From Convolutriloba macropyga (lineage: Eukaryota), in NCBI RefSeq assembly GCF_964194025.1, contig NC_134479.1, positions 25,358,001 to 25,422,000 on the forward strand: a stretch of 64,000 nucleotides of DNA, in the 5' to 3' direction. The notes under the pieces were generated by a model. That model was given only the letters and a program-made list of their open reading frames with translations. It ran no database searches and was not told the DNA's origin. Made by a program: the position numbers and the translations under genes. Within the stretch, counting starts at the first letter, position 1. Each line of letters opens with the position of its first letter. This document shows, piece by piece, positions 14,130-29,000 of this stretch.

Positions 14130-16127
14130 CCAAGTAGATCAAAGAGGCTCGATATTTACACAGGCTACCAAAGAGAATAGAACAGAATTTAAAAATCCAC
14201 ATACTGTTCAAAAAGAGGCTTCTTTAGAGGAACGTTGAGACCTGCCATTAATGAGACTACGAAAAAAATAAAACAAATAACATTAACTACGGTCAAATCT
14301 CTTTAAAAAAACAATTAGTGAAAACTCAAAATAGTATCAGACCAAACCTATATTTTGACCTGTGATTGACCAAAGAAACAGACGGAACCTGTCTTTGATG
14401 AGCACAGGCAAAAAGACAGAAAAATTTGAATATCGATTGTATTTTTTAAAGACCAAATAACATCAAAAGTCATGAAATCATCAGCTTTGAACATAAAAAA
14501 ACTAGATAATTCACATGTAACTGTCTAGGAAGCCATTATTACCTTTTTTTAGAGTAACTAAGTCATAAGAATACACAATAAACACAAATACAAGCAACGT
14601 TAAAAAAAACACAAAAAAATTTTTACAAACAACGTTGAAGCCATTACAATCTTAACCTATTAACTATTTAACGAAGAAATATACATATGTCAAAGTTGGC
14701 CTCATTTGAACATCAAACCAAGTAAGATCAAAGTCATTAAAATCATCGACTGAAGGAGTTAAAAGTTCACTTATACCTTTGTAGAAGGCCATTGAGGACT
14801 GTCATTCTTCATACGACTACAAAAAGAACATGAATTACATTCAAATATCGAAAAAAAAACGAAATTCGCAAGAAATGTGTTCAGGCCGGTAAAGTTTATG
14901 CTATTCGCTGAAATTGTTATACATATTCAACCGGGCCTCCTTTCAACAACGACAGAACTTGTCGTTCGCGTGATATTATAAAGAGACGAAAAAGGGAGCA
15001 CAAATAAAAACATTAATTACGGTCAAGACTTTTAGAAAACTTACACAATCAAAATCATGGAATCATAAGTTAAAACATAAAACCGCCGATAATGAGACTG
15101 CGCTAAAATTTGACAGAGTTAAGGTTTTAAAAGGTTACAATAATAAAAATTCAATCATAATCTTTCAGCGAAAAATGAAATAATCGATTTGCTTAAATTT
15201 TGCGGAATTTGTTGTCGGATCCAATTTAACCATTAGCTTTTGAAATTATGATATTTCGTCGTTGAGCTTTTTGGACGTAAATGGGATATTTCATTAGAAT
15301 CTGTAAATGAAAAAAACTTGTCGGTAATTGGGATGGAAAATATGTCAAAGATAATTTAAAAATTACAATACACCATTACAATTCCGAGCCTTTTTCATGA
15401 ACGAGACCAAAACTCCTCTTGCTACCATTGCGCAGTTGTTAGAAGAACGTAATCGCTCTTGTAATTATTTGCGTAATTATTTGCGAAAGAGATATTTAGG
15501 CAGAAGAAGCTCTAAATATGATGAGACTAATTGATGCTTTTTTAAAAATAAATATTGATTTAAATAGGCGAAAGGTGGGAAAATTGTTAGTGCCAGAAAA
15601 CTTTCATAGGAATAGGAGTCAAAATTAGCCTTCTTATGAGTGATCGAAGATTGTCAGCAGTTTTTTATCTTTACTATTTATTATCGGTGAATGGTGACAA
15701 TGTGGCTAAAGAAGCATATTTGTTGCCATTTTTCATAAAAATAAAAAATGCAGAATTTGAAAATTTTGCCTAGTGTTTAACCCGAAGAGTCGGTTCCAAC
15801 TTTTCAGCAACTTTCATCTTTGAACGTAGAACGAATAACACATTTGATAGAATTTTCAATCGTTTTTAGGCAATATTGATCGAATTTTCTGCAAAATATA
15901 GAGAAACCTGAGCAAGATAACGAAAATGAGCTAATGTTAAAAATTGTTTAAACCTCGATAACACCTTGGGAAATGGTAATTGAAAATTATCTCAATATCT
16001 TATTCTATGTTTTATAAGTTACTCACAACTCTGTACTATGAATGTTTTGATCGGCGAAAACTGGCTGAACAAAAAACCTCAGTATATAGTTAATTTCCCC
16101 CCCACTGAAGTGGGGTTGGAACAACAA
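14130..16127. repeat. Dispersed ~2-kb non-coding repeat (family C, possibly a non-autonomous DNA element)
   Basis: AAGAGGCTCGATA is shared with about 27086 and GGCTACCAAA with about 20303 and 27143. The end motif CCCCACT.AAGTGGG..GGAACAA is shared with about 22556-22580 and, in degenerate form, 44640-44660. Confidence 0.5.
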
Positions 16128-17007
16128 GTAAGGCCTACTTTAATCCGCGATCTTTGTACAGATTGCCAAAAATTGCATGTTATGACAACGCTTTTGGTAT
16201 TTCTGAAGCTTTGTATAAATTTTTTTGGCACTGATATTTTTTATCAAAGACTAGCTAATGAGATGCCAATTATCGGAATTAGTGGAATAACTTACTTTTT
16301 AATTGATATATAGCAGTGAAAGCTGCTTTGTTAATGAAGTATTATGAGTTATGTGATAGGAAAATATTGAAACCTCCCTTTTCGCGTACAATTTAAGAAG
16401 CGTTAAGCAAATTGTATGATAGGAGTCTGAGTCCTTTGAAAAATTAGAGAACTGATTTTTGATTTCAGATGTGCCATTGTCTTTTTTTTACATTTTGCAA
16501 TTGTAATATTAAACTGTTTTTTTTGTAAAGTTGGCGATGCGACTTTTTTCGAAGAAACTGCAGAAAGCGTGCATGAATGCGTGGCCTTATTTTAGATGAT
16601 TTTTCTGTGATTTTTTTTTCTGTTAACTCCTAAAATAGTTCGACTGTTGATGCATGTTAACTATGTTGCGACTTAGCGAGCTCTGGCTGAATTCAAATTC
16701 TTGCCTTTCTTGTTTCATTTAATATTTGTATTGACTGATTTTAAGCTTTGCGTCTTTCCTTGACAGTCATTGGGACTTCACAATTAAATAATGGGTAAAA
16801 TTCGAAAACCTGGACAAATTGATATTCTCGATCTTGGCCGACCTTCTGATGTCCTTGTGGTTTTCATTTTATAATTCAACTTTGTCATCCTCTGCTCGTA
16901 TTGGGTGAGACCTTAAGCAACCATTTTTGTCTATATGAAATTAGGAACGGTTTTCAGATTGTTTTATTCCTTTGTGATTTTGCAGGTTTTGTTTTTTTAG
17001 ATTGTTA

Positions 17008-20000
17008 ATGGATCAGTTTTCTGAAGATGCAAACGTCGGAAGCCAGTTGGGCGGTGAAACAGCTACCATGTTTGACTCGGCGGTACGTCGAAGACCGTTC
17101 GCGTCTATTTGGTTTTATATTTGTATCGTGCCTTTCTCTAATGGCAACTGTGGTCTAAGTAGATAAGCACGCTCAAAAGAGAAATGTTGAGCTTTAAAGC
17201 GTGACTTAGTTTTCCGTACTCGGTAGCTGGACCAGTCTATATTTTACGATGGAAACATCTATCTTGGAAACATCGATGAACTCATATCAAACAAAACTTG
17301 CAGAAAGAAATTATTTCTAAATTTCTGGCTTAAAATGTTTCGTAAAATATAGACTTCGAAACATAAAATGTTTCAAAGCTGTTTTCTTTATTTAACGATA
17401 AATGGCATCCATTTTTTGGAACATTTTATGCCAGAATATTATATTTCTACAATATTTCTTTTCAAAACATTTGGACATGGTTCGCGGTTTTGGAATTCAA
17501 TTCAATGACTCTGTCTTAATTATATCTTTTGCAGAATGACACTTCCACACCGGGCGGCCTTGATGACGTCACGATGAAGCGCAAGTCTGAGATGAGTACG
17601 GAAGATGACCACGAGAGAGCCACAAAGATGGTGAAAACTGAAGAAGACGTGGCGCCACCCGGTGAATCGAACGGAGACCATCCGCAGGATGGCGCAAATG
17701 GGGCAGCTGAGGGATCACAGGAGGGTTAGTCGAAATTGAAAAAATGAGTTTGAGTTTGGACAGACTTTATTAAACTAAAGGTAAAAGGTTTTCAGCTAAA
17801 AAAGTTTGCGAACTATTTTTTGGCATTAGCTTTGGGTTCGGGGTGGGATTATTTCTGAGGTTTTGCTGTCAGAATTCATTGTAGGAGGGGTTCTTGTTTG
17901 AAAACTAGGTGCCTTGCTGTTTTCAAAATAGCTGAACAAGCGTTTCCTTTAAAATATGTTTGTGACTTACAGATAAAAAGGACTTTCAAGTAAAGACGTT
18001 TGATATCTGCTCATTTTGTTCCAGCGGTAATAATTTTTTAGGTGGTACAGAAGCAGCCGTGAAAGAAGAAACTGAACCAGAAGAGGAAGTTGAACTCATG
18101 ATTGAAGATCTGTTCACAGTATACGTCTCAGCTAGGAGAAGAAATTTCAAAATACCTGAAGAGGTTCGTATAAACACAATTTAGCCGAAAATGGCGTTCT
18201 GAGGAGTCTGGTTTGAATTTTTTTTGTCTCGAAGAGTTTTGCTATAGATAGAAGCTGCTAAATACTGACTCATGATCATAAATATTATTGCTTTAAATCT
18301 TTTTAATGACTCAAAAATAAGTTCTGTAGATTTCAAATTTATGCTCACTTCCTATCATTTTCAACATCAGAATGTTTGAAACATTTGTTCAAAAACAACC
18401 TAGTTTACCTTACTTGGTCAGTTTGTAAACTTTCATGACGAATCAAGTAAGGGTCTCTCTTGAGTAGCAGAAAAATTTCGAAGCTGTTTTCTTTATTTAA
18501 CAATAAATGGCATCCATTTTTTCGGAACACTTTATGCCAAAATTAATTTTTCAGCTCCCAAAGAGTGAAAATGTCCGTTGATCTTCAGCAGAACATTTTT
18601 AGTACCGCATTTTGCTCTTACAGGTATCACATTAAGCTTGACTTTAATAAATTGACCAAATTATTAATCGCTCTCAAACGAAGTTTGTAGCAATTATATT
18701 AGTTCCTGTCGGTCTTTGCGATTTTCTTATGACCCAATGCGATTTTCTTATGACCCATTTCACTTTGCGTCCTCAAAAACAGGATAAACAGGTAGCGCCC
18801 AATGGGCATTAAGTGCTGTTAGAGCCTTTCAGCTCAGTAGTCTCCAAGTATGCGATTCAGAGAAACTGTTTTGGACACTTTTACTTATGGTGTGAGGGGC
18901 GGTTCTTTTAGAGGTTGACTAATTCCCCCACCACAACCACCCCACCCACATCACCGCCCCCCCCCATCCCGACCCCTGCGCGTCTTTCAGGTCGTAGGGG
19001 CCTCCTGCAGCCAAAGACGTCCTCCCACTGTCCCCCCCCCCCCCCCAATTGTTGCCCCCATCAGCCCCACCCCCCCCCCCCCCTGTGCACCCCACGCTGT
19101 GCTCAAAACGCGTCCCTTCACTAGCTACTGACGAAGCCGCTAGCTACTGACGAAGCCGACTGCTTGCCGCTCTTTGAGAGCAATTCATCCGACGTCAGTC
19201 GGTTATGCTTTACGCTTTTTAATCCTTCACTGCTATTTCCAGTCAATATGGTTGATTGGATATTTTTCACCAAGAGAAATGCAGACTACGATAGTTTTTT
19301 TACGGTCAGAGAATGTAAGTGTTTGAAATAAACCTGGACCAGAACTATTTGATCTAATTTAGCGTTTGCGCTGTGAGCTATTTTTCGCTTTCGAAATCGG
19401 AACTTCAATATTCAGAACTAATATTTTTGCGTGATGTTTCGTTTGACGAGTTTGACTTCCTTTGGCCATGTTTAATGTATGATTTTATTTTATTTGTATG
19501 TTTTCTGAAGTACTTATACTCACATTGCAATGGCAGCTTAGAACAAAAACTTTCAACTTTTAATGAGGCTAGATTCGAATGTTTTTTGGAGAACAGTTTT
19601 TCTGACTGGATGATGGCTGCCCTAAGATTTTGCCTGGAATGTCCTCTTTATTTATGGTGGAATATAATCAGAAATTGTTTTTTGATCTTTTGTAGTTTTG
19701 GTATGGTTATTTGGATTATTTTAAATTGAATTTTTTCCATTCAAAATAAAAAGATTCCGAGTACAGAAAAAATCTGCGACAGTGGAGCTCTACTATTTGT
19801 GTATATTCGTGTTCTTTTTTGTTTTTTGGTCATAACGTCATGACATTCTATTGGTGCGCCTAAAAATTTCAAAGCAAATTCTTAATAATTTAGTCATGCG
19901 TTTTTTTAAAAAATAATTTGAAGTTATGTTGAAGTCATGTTGGAACGAAAGTTTTTATTTGGCTTGGTTATTTTGTAGGTTACTTAAATGACTTGCAGGT

Positions 20001-23000
20001 CGCGGAGTTTGGCCGGTTTTGCGTTTATTTTGTTAAAATGTAAGCAATTAGAGAGTCAAATCTTGAATTTGAAATTTAAAACGCAACCTCTTATTGTAAT
20101 AAATTATGAAACTTTTGAAAACTGTCTTGCTGGAAATTTTTTTTTTGGCAATTGGGCGTCATCGGGTGCATAATGTTCTAATATTTGAATAACTCTAAGT
20201 AATAAAAACTAAATAGAATTGAGTATTCAGTCAACAAGGAGGTTCGGTAACGCGCGTTTGCACATAATGTTCCGAAACAGCTCGTCTATTTCTGGACTTA
20301 ATTGGCTACCAAATGAGAAAGAGATGGCAAACTTTCAAAAACATACATATCGCTCAACTAAGCACTAATAGAGTAAATTAATGCCACTGCAGAGGGCCGA
20401 TGATAATAGTTTTTAATAGCATTACTAGAAAGGACCATCAAAAAATAAATGTACCTTGTAAAAAAACAAAGCCAAGAAACAAATGTTTGAAACAAAAATT
20501 GTTATAATGATTAAATTATAACTTAATGGAAACGGGTTGTGACCTCTCTTTACAGACACTCATTTACAAATTGACCAAAAAATGAGGCTCAAAAATCCAA
20601 ATGTTTTGAAGACAAAAAGTTTTAAAACCATAACACAGGTTTTCACTAAGGGTTGGATTGCACCACTTCAGGATTGCAACTACAAAACAACAAATACAGG
20701 CAGAAGCCAATACTTCACAAAAATTTTTCAGACACCATATGATATCGGCAAGATTTGTAAATCACTTGCTTCTTATCTGAACATCAGTTCTTCCTTAGTT
20801 CTTCTTTATAAGAGCAGTACGTAGAAATGACAACAAAAAGAAATCAAAAATTGAACAGCATCGAATTTTTTTAATGAAATTAAATGATCGAAGCCATCAG
20901 TCAAAACATATAACGAACAGAAATTAATGTTAGAATCAACCAAAGGAGACGAGACTTCTTATTAATGAGTTTTGAGTCACTTGATGACGAAAATGAGAGA
21001 AGAAAGGAGGCAGACAAATCAATTTTTTTATTTCTTTTTAAAGAAATTCAATTGATAGTCATTTAAATAATTTGCTATCAACTGTAGTTGTCAGATACGT
21101 TCAATTATACGTCTTGGGGAAGCAATTGACAACTATCATTATCAGATAGGAAACACAAACACAAGCAATAATAAAATCTTCGAGAACTATGTCTCAACCC
21201 ATAAAAGCATAAACTATTCGACAACAAAATGAACATTCAGTTTCGCCGTCTTTCATCGCGTTGCCTTCTTCCAGCTCTTCATTTCTTTAATTGGAGCTGT
21301 CAATAATGTAATACTTTGACAAAGAAACAAAATGAATCTATAAAATTGGTAATTATTGTCCAAAATGAAAATTAATTGTGAACTCGTATCAAAACCAAGA
21401 AACCATCAGTTAAATATAATACGTTACAAACTTTAACTTAAATCTCACAGTAAATGGGTTTTGGCCTATCTTTACTGAGACTACGCAAGAATTTGAGTCA
21501 GCGACATTTAAATCAAATATTTTCAAGGCGTAAGAAACATTAGATAACAACTGAAGGTATTCTCTAGGTTTCTGTTTAGCTCCTAAAGAAGGCAGTCGAA
21601 TCTCTGATTGGCGAGACTAAGTCCTTGAACTACGAAAAGTATAACAAATGAAAGCATAGCCATAATTTTCTTACGAAAGTTTTTGCTCGAAGCAATAAAA
21701 ACCATGAGCTTAACTCTTCAACCGTAATATTTTTTTCGTTGGATCTCATTTTTTGTAAATATCATCTGTCAATTTTTAAGACCTGATATGAGTTTCTTGT
21801 CAGCGATTAACATAAAAAAAAAATTACAAATGCGGAAATTTTTTTGAAAAAGGACCCCGCCCAAATAAAGTTTTATCGTAAGGATCCATGGTGGGATCAA
21901 AATTAGCTCTGATTTTTCTGCGCGTCTAAGAAAACACTTGATTGTTCAAATGGTTGCGAAATATGTCAATTTTTAAACTTAATTGTTTAGTATATCAAAA
22001 ATGAATAATTCATTTTGTATAATTATTGAGTATTATACTTACAAAAAATGGTGAAATTGTGATTTCAGTGTCTTTTGGGGCCAGCGGGAGTACAACTAGC
22101 TCTTTTGTGAGCTCACGAGGAATATGTGCGCAGTTTTTAGGTGTCTGTGTCCAGCAAATGTGAAGAAAGTTGCCTAAAATGCATATTTAGTCCCATTTTT
22201 GACAAATTCTGATTTGAAAAATTGAGCTTAATTTCTAGCCAAAAAACTTGCATCGAACCCTCCTCTATCTTCAAGGATTACACCAATAACTGTACGGTTA
22301 ACACTTTTAACATGTTTTGGCAAAATTGACGAAAAATGGATTACGAAAAGCTTGAACGAAAGCATCTTAAATCGGGCGAATGTTCACAAAACTTATAACT
22401 CCCAGTAAAAATTTGAAATTAAAACAATCTATTTAATTCCATGCTCCACGGTGGACGGGCTTTCTAATGATACCACTCACAACTCTCTGCGATATTATAT
22501 CGATCGGCCAAAATTGACTGAACAAATAAAAACCCATTTGAGTATATATTTCCTCCCCCACTAAAGTGGGTCGGAACAATAAATTTACGCTAATAAAGAT
22601 AGGGTCAAAAAGCTAGATAAACGGGATAAACGTTAGAGGCTGGCAGAACGAGTGCAGTAAATTATCATGGTCCCTAGAGTATACTGCTAACTGTTATTTG
22701 TGTTAGCTCGTTGTCCTTCAATTTGTTGGCGGAATTCGCCGTGTTTCACAAATCTAATGGAACTGCGGACCATATTAAAACCCTAAAGCAAAAAGTGACA
22801 GCCTTAGTTTTTTTTTCATTTTCGACCTGATTTAATCCGAACGTTGATCAACGTTGGCTATTTTCTGGCAATCTACCTGTTATTTTTATTAATTGAGTAG
22901 CTCTTAAAGATTAAACCATGTTACTTCTTTTTTCTCGCTTTTGTACGAGCTGTGTTCAATCTTTTTATTCTGCGTTCATGTGGTTGACAATTTGGACTTA

Positions 23001-26000
23001 TTGTCTCGGACCCACCATCTTTGTGGGCATAAAAATTTTACGCAACAGGTGCACTTACTACTTTTTATATGGTAACGTGTTATAAAACAACCCATAATTT
23101 GTAACTGGGGGTCATAAACAGCATGGGGGAAGGGGGGGGGGTTCGAAACAGAATATATTCGACAGTTTTCCGTTGTGTAAATAGTAGACTTTCAAGTAGT
23201 GTTACATGATTCTGGTGAAGTTACTGAGAAAATGTCTTTCGTCTTGGTCCAGTAGCGACGCGAGATCTCTCACAGAGTTGCTTCAAGTGCTAATCAGGCA
23301 CTATATAGGATGTGGCCTTGCAGATATCCGGCGTTTTAAAACTGGCGCTTGAGTGCTTCAAATATATGTTTAATTACAGGTTGTGCAGCAGATCAAGCAA
23401 GAGTTTGTCTCATCTAGCATTAATGTGATGGATGTGTTCTCCACAAATCGCATCGCTCCAGAGTTTTGAGTCACTTGATGACGAAAATGAGAGCAGAAAG
23501 GAGGCAGACAAATCAAATTTTTTATTTCTTTTTAAAGAAATTCAATTGATAGTCATTTAAATAATTTGCTATCAACTGTAGTTGTCAGATACGTTCAATT
23601 ATACGTCTTGGGGAAGCAATTGACAACTATCATTATCAGATAGGAAACACAAACACAAGCAATAATAAAATCTTCGAGATCTATGTCTCAACCCATAAAA
23701 GCATAAACTATTCGACAACAAAATGAACATTCAGTTTCGCCGTTTTTCATCGCGTTGCCTTCTTCCAGCTCTTCATTTCTTTAATTGGAGCTGTCAATAA
23801 TGTAATACTTTGACAAAGAAACAAAATGAATCTATAAAATTGGTAATTATTGTCCAAAATGAAAATTAATTGTGAACTCGTATCAAAACCAAGAAACCAT
23901 CAGTTAAATATAATACGTTACAAACTTTCACTTAAATCTCACAGTAAATGGGTTTTGGCCTATCTTTACTGAGACTACCCAAGAATTTGAGTCAGCGACA
24001 TTTAAATCAAATATTTTCAAGGCGTAAGAAACATTAGATAACAACTGAAGGTATTCTCTAGGTTTCTGTTTAGCTCCTAAAGAAGGCAGTCGAATCTCTG
24101 ATTGGCGAGACTAAGTCCTTGAACTACGAAAAGTATAACAAATGAAAGCATAGCCATAATTTTCTTACGAAAGTTTTTGCTCGAAGCAATAAAAACCATG
24201 AGCTTAACTCTTCAACCGTAATATTTTTTTCGTTGGACCTCATTTTTTGTAAATATCATCTGTCAATATTTAAGCCCTGATATGAGTTTCTTGTCAGCGA
24301 TTAACATAAAAAAAAATTACAAATGCGGAAATTTTTTTGAAAAAGGACCCCGCCCAAATAAAGTTTTATCGTAAGGATCCATGGTGGGATCAAAATTAGC
24401 TCTGATTTTTCTGCGCGTCTAAGGAAACACTTGATTGTTCAAATGGTTGCGAAATATGTCAATTTTTAAACATAATTGTTTAGTATATCAAAAATGAATA
24501 ATTCATTTTGTATAATTATCGAGTATTATACTTACAAAAAAATGGTGAAATTGTGATTTCAGTGTCTTTTGGGGCCAGCGGGAGTACAACTAGCTCTTTT
24601 GTGAGCTCACGAGGAATATGTGCGCAGTTTTTAGGTGTCTGTGTCCAGCAAATGTGAAGAAAGTTGCCTAAAATGCATATTTAGTCCCATTTTTGACAAA
24701 TTCTGATTTGAAAAATTGAGCTTAATTTCTAGCCAAAAAACTTGCATCGAACCCTCCTCTATCTTCAAGGATTACACCAATAACTGTACGGTTAACACTT
24801 TTAACATGTTTTGGCAAAATTGACGAAAAATGGATTACGAAAAGCTTGAACGAAAGCATCTTAAATCGGGCGAATGTTCACAAAACTTATAACTCCCTGT
24901 AAAAATTTGAAATTAAAACAATCTATTTAGTTCCATGCTCCACGGTGGACGGGCTTTCTAATGATACCACTCACAACTCTCTGCGATATTATATCGATCG
25001 GCCAAAATTGACTGAACAAATAAAAACCCATTTGAGTATATATTTCCTCCCCCACTAAAGTGGGTCGGAACAATAAATTTACGCTAATAAAGATAGGGTC
25101 AAAAAGCTAGATAAACGGGATAAACGTTAAAGGCTGGCAGAACGAGTGCAGTAAATTATCATGGTCCCTAGAGTATACTGCTAACTGTTATTTGTGTTAG
25201 CTCGTTGTCCTTCAATTTGTTGGCGGAATTCGCCGTGTTTCACAAATCTAATGGAACTGCGGACCATATTAGAACCCTAAAGCAATAAGTGGCAGCCTTA
25301 GTTTTTTTTTCATTTTCGACCTGATTCAATCCGAACGTTGATCAACGTTGGCTATTTTCTGGCAATCTACCTGTTATTTTTATTAATTGAGTAGCTCTTA
25401 AAGATTAAACCATGTTACTTCTTTTTTCTCGCTTTTGTACGAGCTGTGTTCAATCTTTTTATTCTGCGTTCATGTGGTTGACAATTTGGACTTATTGTCT
25501 CGGACCCACCATCTTTGTGGGCATGAAAATTTTACGCAACAGGTGCACTTACTACTTTTTATATGGTAACGTGTTATAAAACAACCCATAATTTGTAACT
25601 GGGGGTCATAAACAGCATGGGGGAGGGGGGGGGGGGGGGGGGGGGGTTCGAAACAGAATATATTCGACAGTTTTCCGTTGTGTAAATAGTAGACTTTCAA
25701 GTAGTGTTACATGATTCTGGTGAAGTTACTGAGAAAATGTCTTTCGTCTTGGTCCAGTAGCGACGCGAGATCTCTCACAGAGTTGCTTCAAGTGCTAATC
25801 AGGTACTATATAGGATGTGGCCTTGCAGATATCCGGCGTTTTAAAACTGTCGCTTGAGTGCTTCAAATATATGTTCAATTACAGGTTGTGCAGCAGATCA
25901 AGCAAGAGTTTGTCTCATCTAGCATTAATGTGATGGATGTGTTCTCCACAAATCCATTCAATTTCACAGTCAGGTTGTCCACAGCCGAAGAAGTACAGAT

Positions 26001-29000
26001 GGTCATCGACAGTTTCCACAAAAAAGTAGTCGCAGGTAAGAAAGGAATTGATTAACATCTTTATTGCATGGTGCATTTATGTAAAGAAAGCTTAGTAGAA
26101 ACATGGTAGAGCGAGGAAAACTAAACAGAATCTGTTGTTCGAAAATATTATCAAAATTGAATCAAAACTGCTTCTTATTGTAAGTTGTTGCTCAGGGGAT
26201 GCTGCACTGTTAGATATCATTGCATTAGTTTCTCGTGAACTTGGTCTTTTAAACAAACGTATTACGTATAATCTACACACGACGTGTTCACTAAATGCTA
26301 ACGACTTACGAGCAAAACTAAATTTGGATTTTCAATCGCAAATTATTTGCTTTAATATAATCCCTAGTGGAATATGGCTGAGAGAAGGAAACGAGACAGA
26401 TTCTTTTTTTCCTCAACTGTCCACATCGTGTGTATTTTAGGCTTAGAAATATATGTTAAAACGAAGACGCCCAAATCTGGACAGTTCCAAGTGAAGGTAA
26501 AGCCTGCGAACCCCAACGTAATGTTCGACTACGAGTTCTCAGAGGAGATATCCGAGGTGCTGAAGAAGATGGATATAGACGTGCACAACTGCAGAGGGGT
26601 CAGAGGTCAACTGGTCGAGATCAATCTGTACAATCAAGAGGACATTCCCAAGGTAAAAAACATTTCATATATTTATCATACATTTCAGTCAAGTTAAGCT
26701 TGCGTATATTGTAAGCAATTGTAACGGTAAAAAGGTTAAAAAGAACAACAATATAGTTTGCGCGCACGATACGCTTGATACTGTGAATGATAGGAAGTTC
26801 TGCTTGTTCTCAGTATACTTCGCTAAAAAGATCAAATTTTGACGAACGAGATAAGCTGTTAAAAGAGTTACCCCAGTGTCGACACCTTAATACTGCTTGA
26901 TGTAATGTTTAACACACTAAGCGTGCAAGTACGAAATGCTGGTTCGAAACCAGCAATATTTCATTTTCACATTATTTGAGTTTGTATAGAATCCCAAAAT
27001 GAACTTCACGAATAATTGAGTTCCTTAATTTAGTAACTATTGAATGCGGAGCAATAATGGGGATTTTAATTATCAATATATGCAAAGAGGCTCGATAATA
27101 TGCGTTTTCACCGACCCCGTTTATCCACATTTTTGGCTAATTGGCTACCAAATGAGGCAGAGATAGAAAACGTTCAAAAACATACATATCGTTTAACAAA
27201 ATCACTAATGGATTAAAAATAATGACACGTTTGATGGCCGATGAAACTTGCTGTTAATAGAACTACTAGAACAGACAATCATAAACATCAAATGACAAAT
27301 ATTAATTACGACCAAAACTCGACGTCTATATTTTAAAAAATAACAAAATTAAACTTCCATCAGATAAAACCTGAACAAAACAGATTGACCTATACTTCAT
27401 TAGAAAAGATATGGGACCTGTCTTCAGTGCGACTGGGTAGCAGGTCGACAATAACAGCAAAAAGTTGCGAAATTAAAAAAGTTCCTGTTTTTGAAAACAA
27501 TTAATTTCAAAGTGATTAAAATCGGTAGATATTAACTGAAATCACTAAAATGTTTATTTATATCTTCATAAGAAACAATTGAGACCATCAATTGTCATTA
27601 TCCAGTGTACGTCAGAAGACTACAATAAGAAGGACAAATACCGTTTAAATTAAAAAGTTTTTTAAACTTTGCGCTAAAATCGCAGTGACGCTGTTAAAAC
27701 CATAAGTTTGTCCTTAAGAACATTAAAATTGTTCAATTGTGGAATTTTTTAAAGCCAATGGGAGCGATCATTAATGTTATAATTTAAAAAGAAAAGGAAA
27801 ATCCTATAAATTTTACAAATATATAAGAATCATAAACAATTTATGAATCTTGTAACAAATTCGAGAAACAAATGGTTGCAACTGAAGCCGTTGAAGATTA
27901 AATTACTGCTAACTGGCAAAGTTCTTATTCCAGAAGACTGTTAATGCCAGCTGGAGTACAACTAGCTCTCTTTCTGAGCATACGAAGAGTATATCCGCAG
28001 TCTTTAGGTGTGTACTTTCAGTAAATTTGAAGAAAATGGGTTTAAAATGCATATTTGGTCCCTTTTTTGACAATGTCTGCATTTTGGAAAGTTTAGCATA
28101 TATTCTAGTAAAAAAACTCGGATCGAACAATTCAGCAACCCTCCTTTATCTTAAAAGATAAAGCCAATAACACTACAGTTAATAATAAATTTTTAGAAAA
28201 AGACGAAAATTGGGACAAATTAAGGAAAACTTGGAACGAAAGCAACGTATTTCGGAGCACAAAACTTAAAATCTTGATGTCTCCCTGTAAAATACAAAAT
28301 TCAAAAAAATGTTTTTCATATTCTGCGCTGGACGAACTTTCTAAGTTCAAATTCTGCGCTGGACCAACTTTCTAAGTAGTGATACCACTCACTACTCTCT
28401 ACTATGATTATATTGATCGGCCAAAATTGACTGAACAAAAAATCCCATTATGACGATGCTAAATTTTGATTGGTTGAAAAAGACTTTTGTAAATTCATAC
28501 AGCACGCATTTATTATCTTGAAATTCATATAGACGATTCTGCTCAGTACAGTTCAGTTGCTTACTAAATTACTTGAATTGAAAACTTGTAGCAGAAAAAG
28601 AGCGTTTTTACCGAACCCGCGCTCCGAATAGCACTTAGCAAAAACTTGCAATTAAAAGCCTTTATTAGAAAGGATATTGCAACGGTAACTCGTCTTCATA
28701 CAATATAGCACTTGGCACTAGCACCTACACAGCCGCCTCTAAAAAGATAGAAAAGGTAGAAGCAAATTAAGAAGAGAGTTAACTCATGGAATTAGCCATT
28801 AACGGAAAAACTTACAATCTTCGAATCATTAGAAAAACAAACACCGGAATTAGCCTTTATTTTATCGCACAAGAAGACAATCAAACCGATATCAAACGGA
28901 TCCGTATTACAAAAAACTCAGAACTTTACAATTTCTCTCAAAACTACCGAATTCGAGAAATTAACCAAACAACAAGCACAAACCAACTTTACCCATTCAA

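Noticed and set aside
18915-19124. Proline-rich ORF
   Set aside because: Translation of the poly-C tract inside a family A repeat.
26925-26955. Isolated B-box GGTTCGAAACC in intron 5
   Set aside because: No clear A-box or cloverleaf; at most a SINE remnant.
28444-28450. 6-bp TSD CCCATT
   Set aside because: Possible by sequence, but the 5-bp TSD gives equal 338-bp LTRs and symmetric termini.
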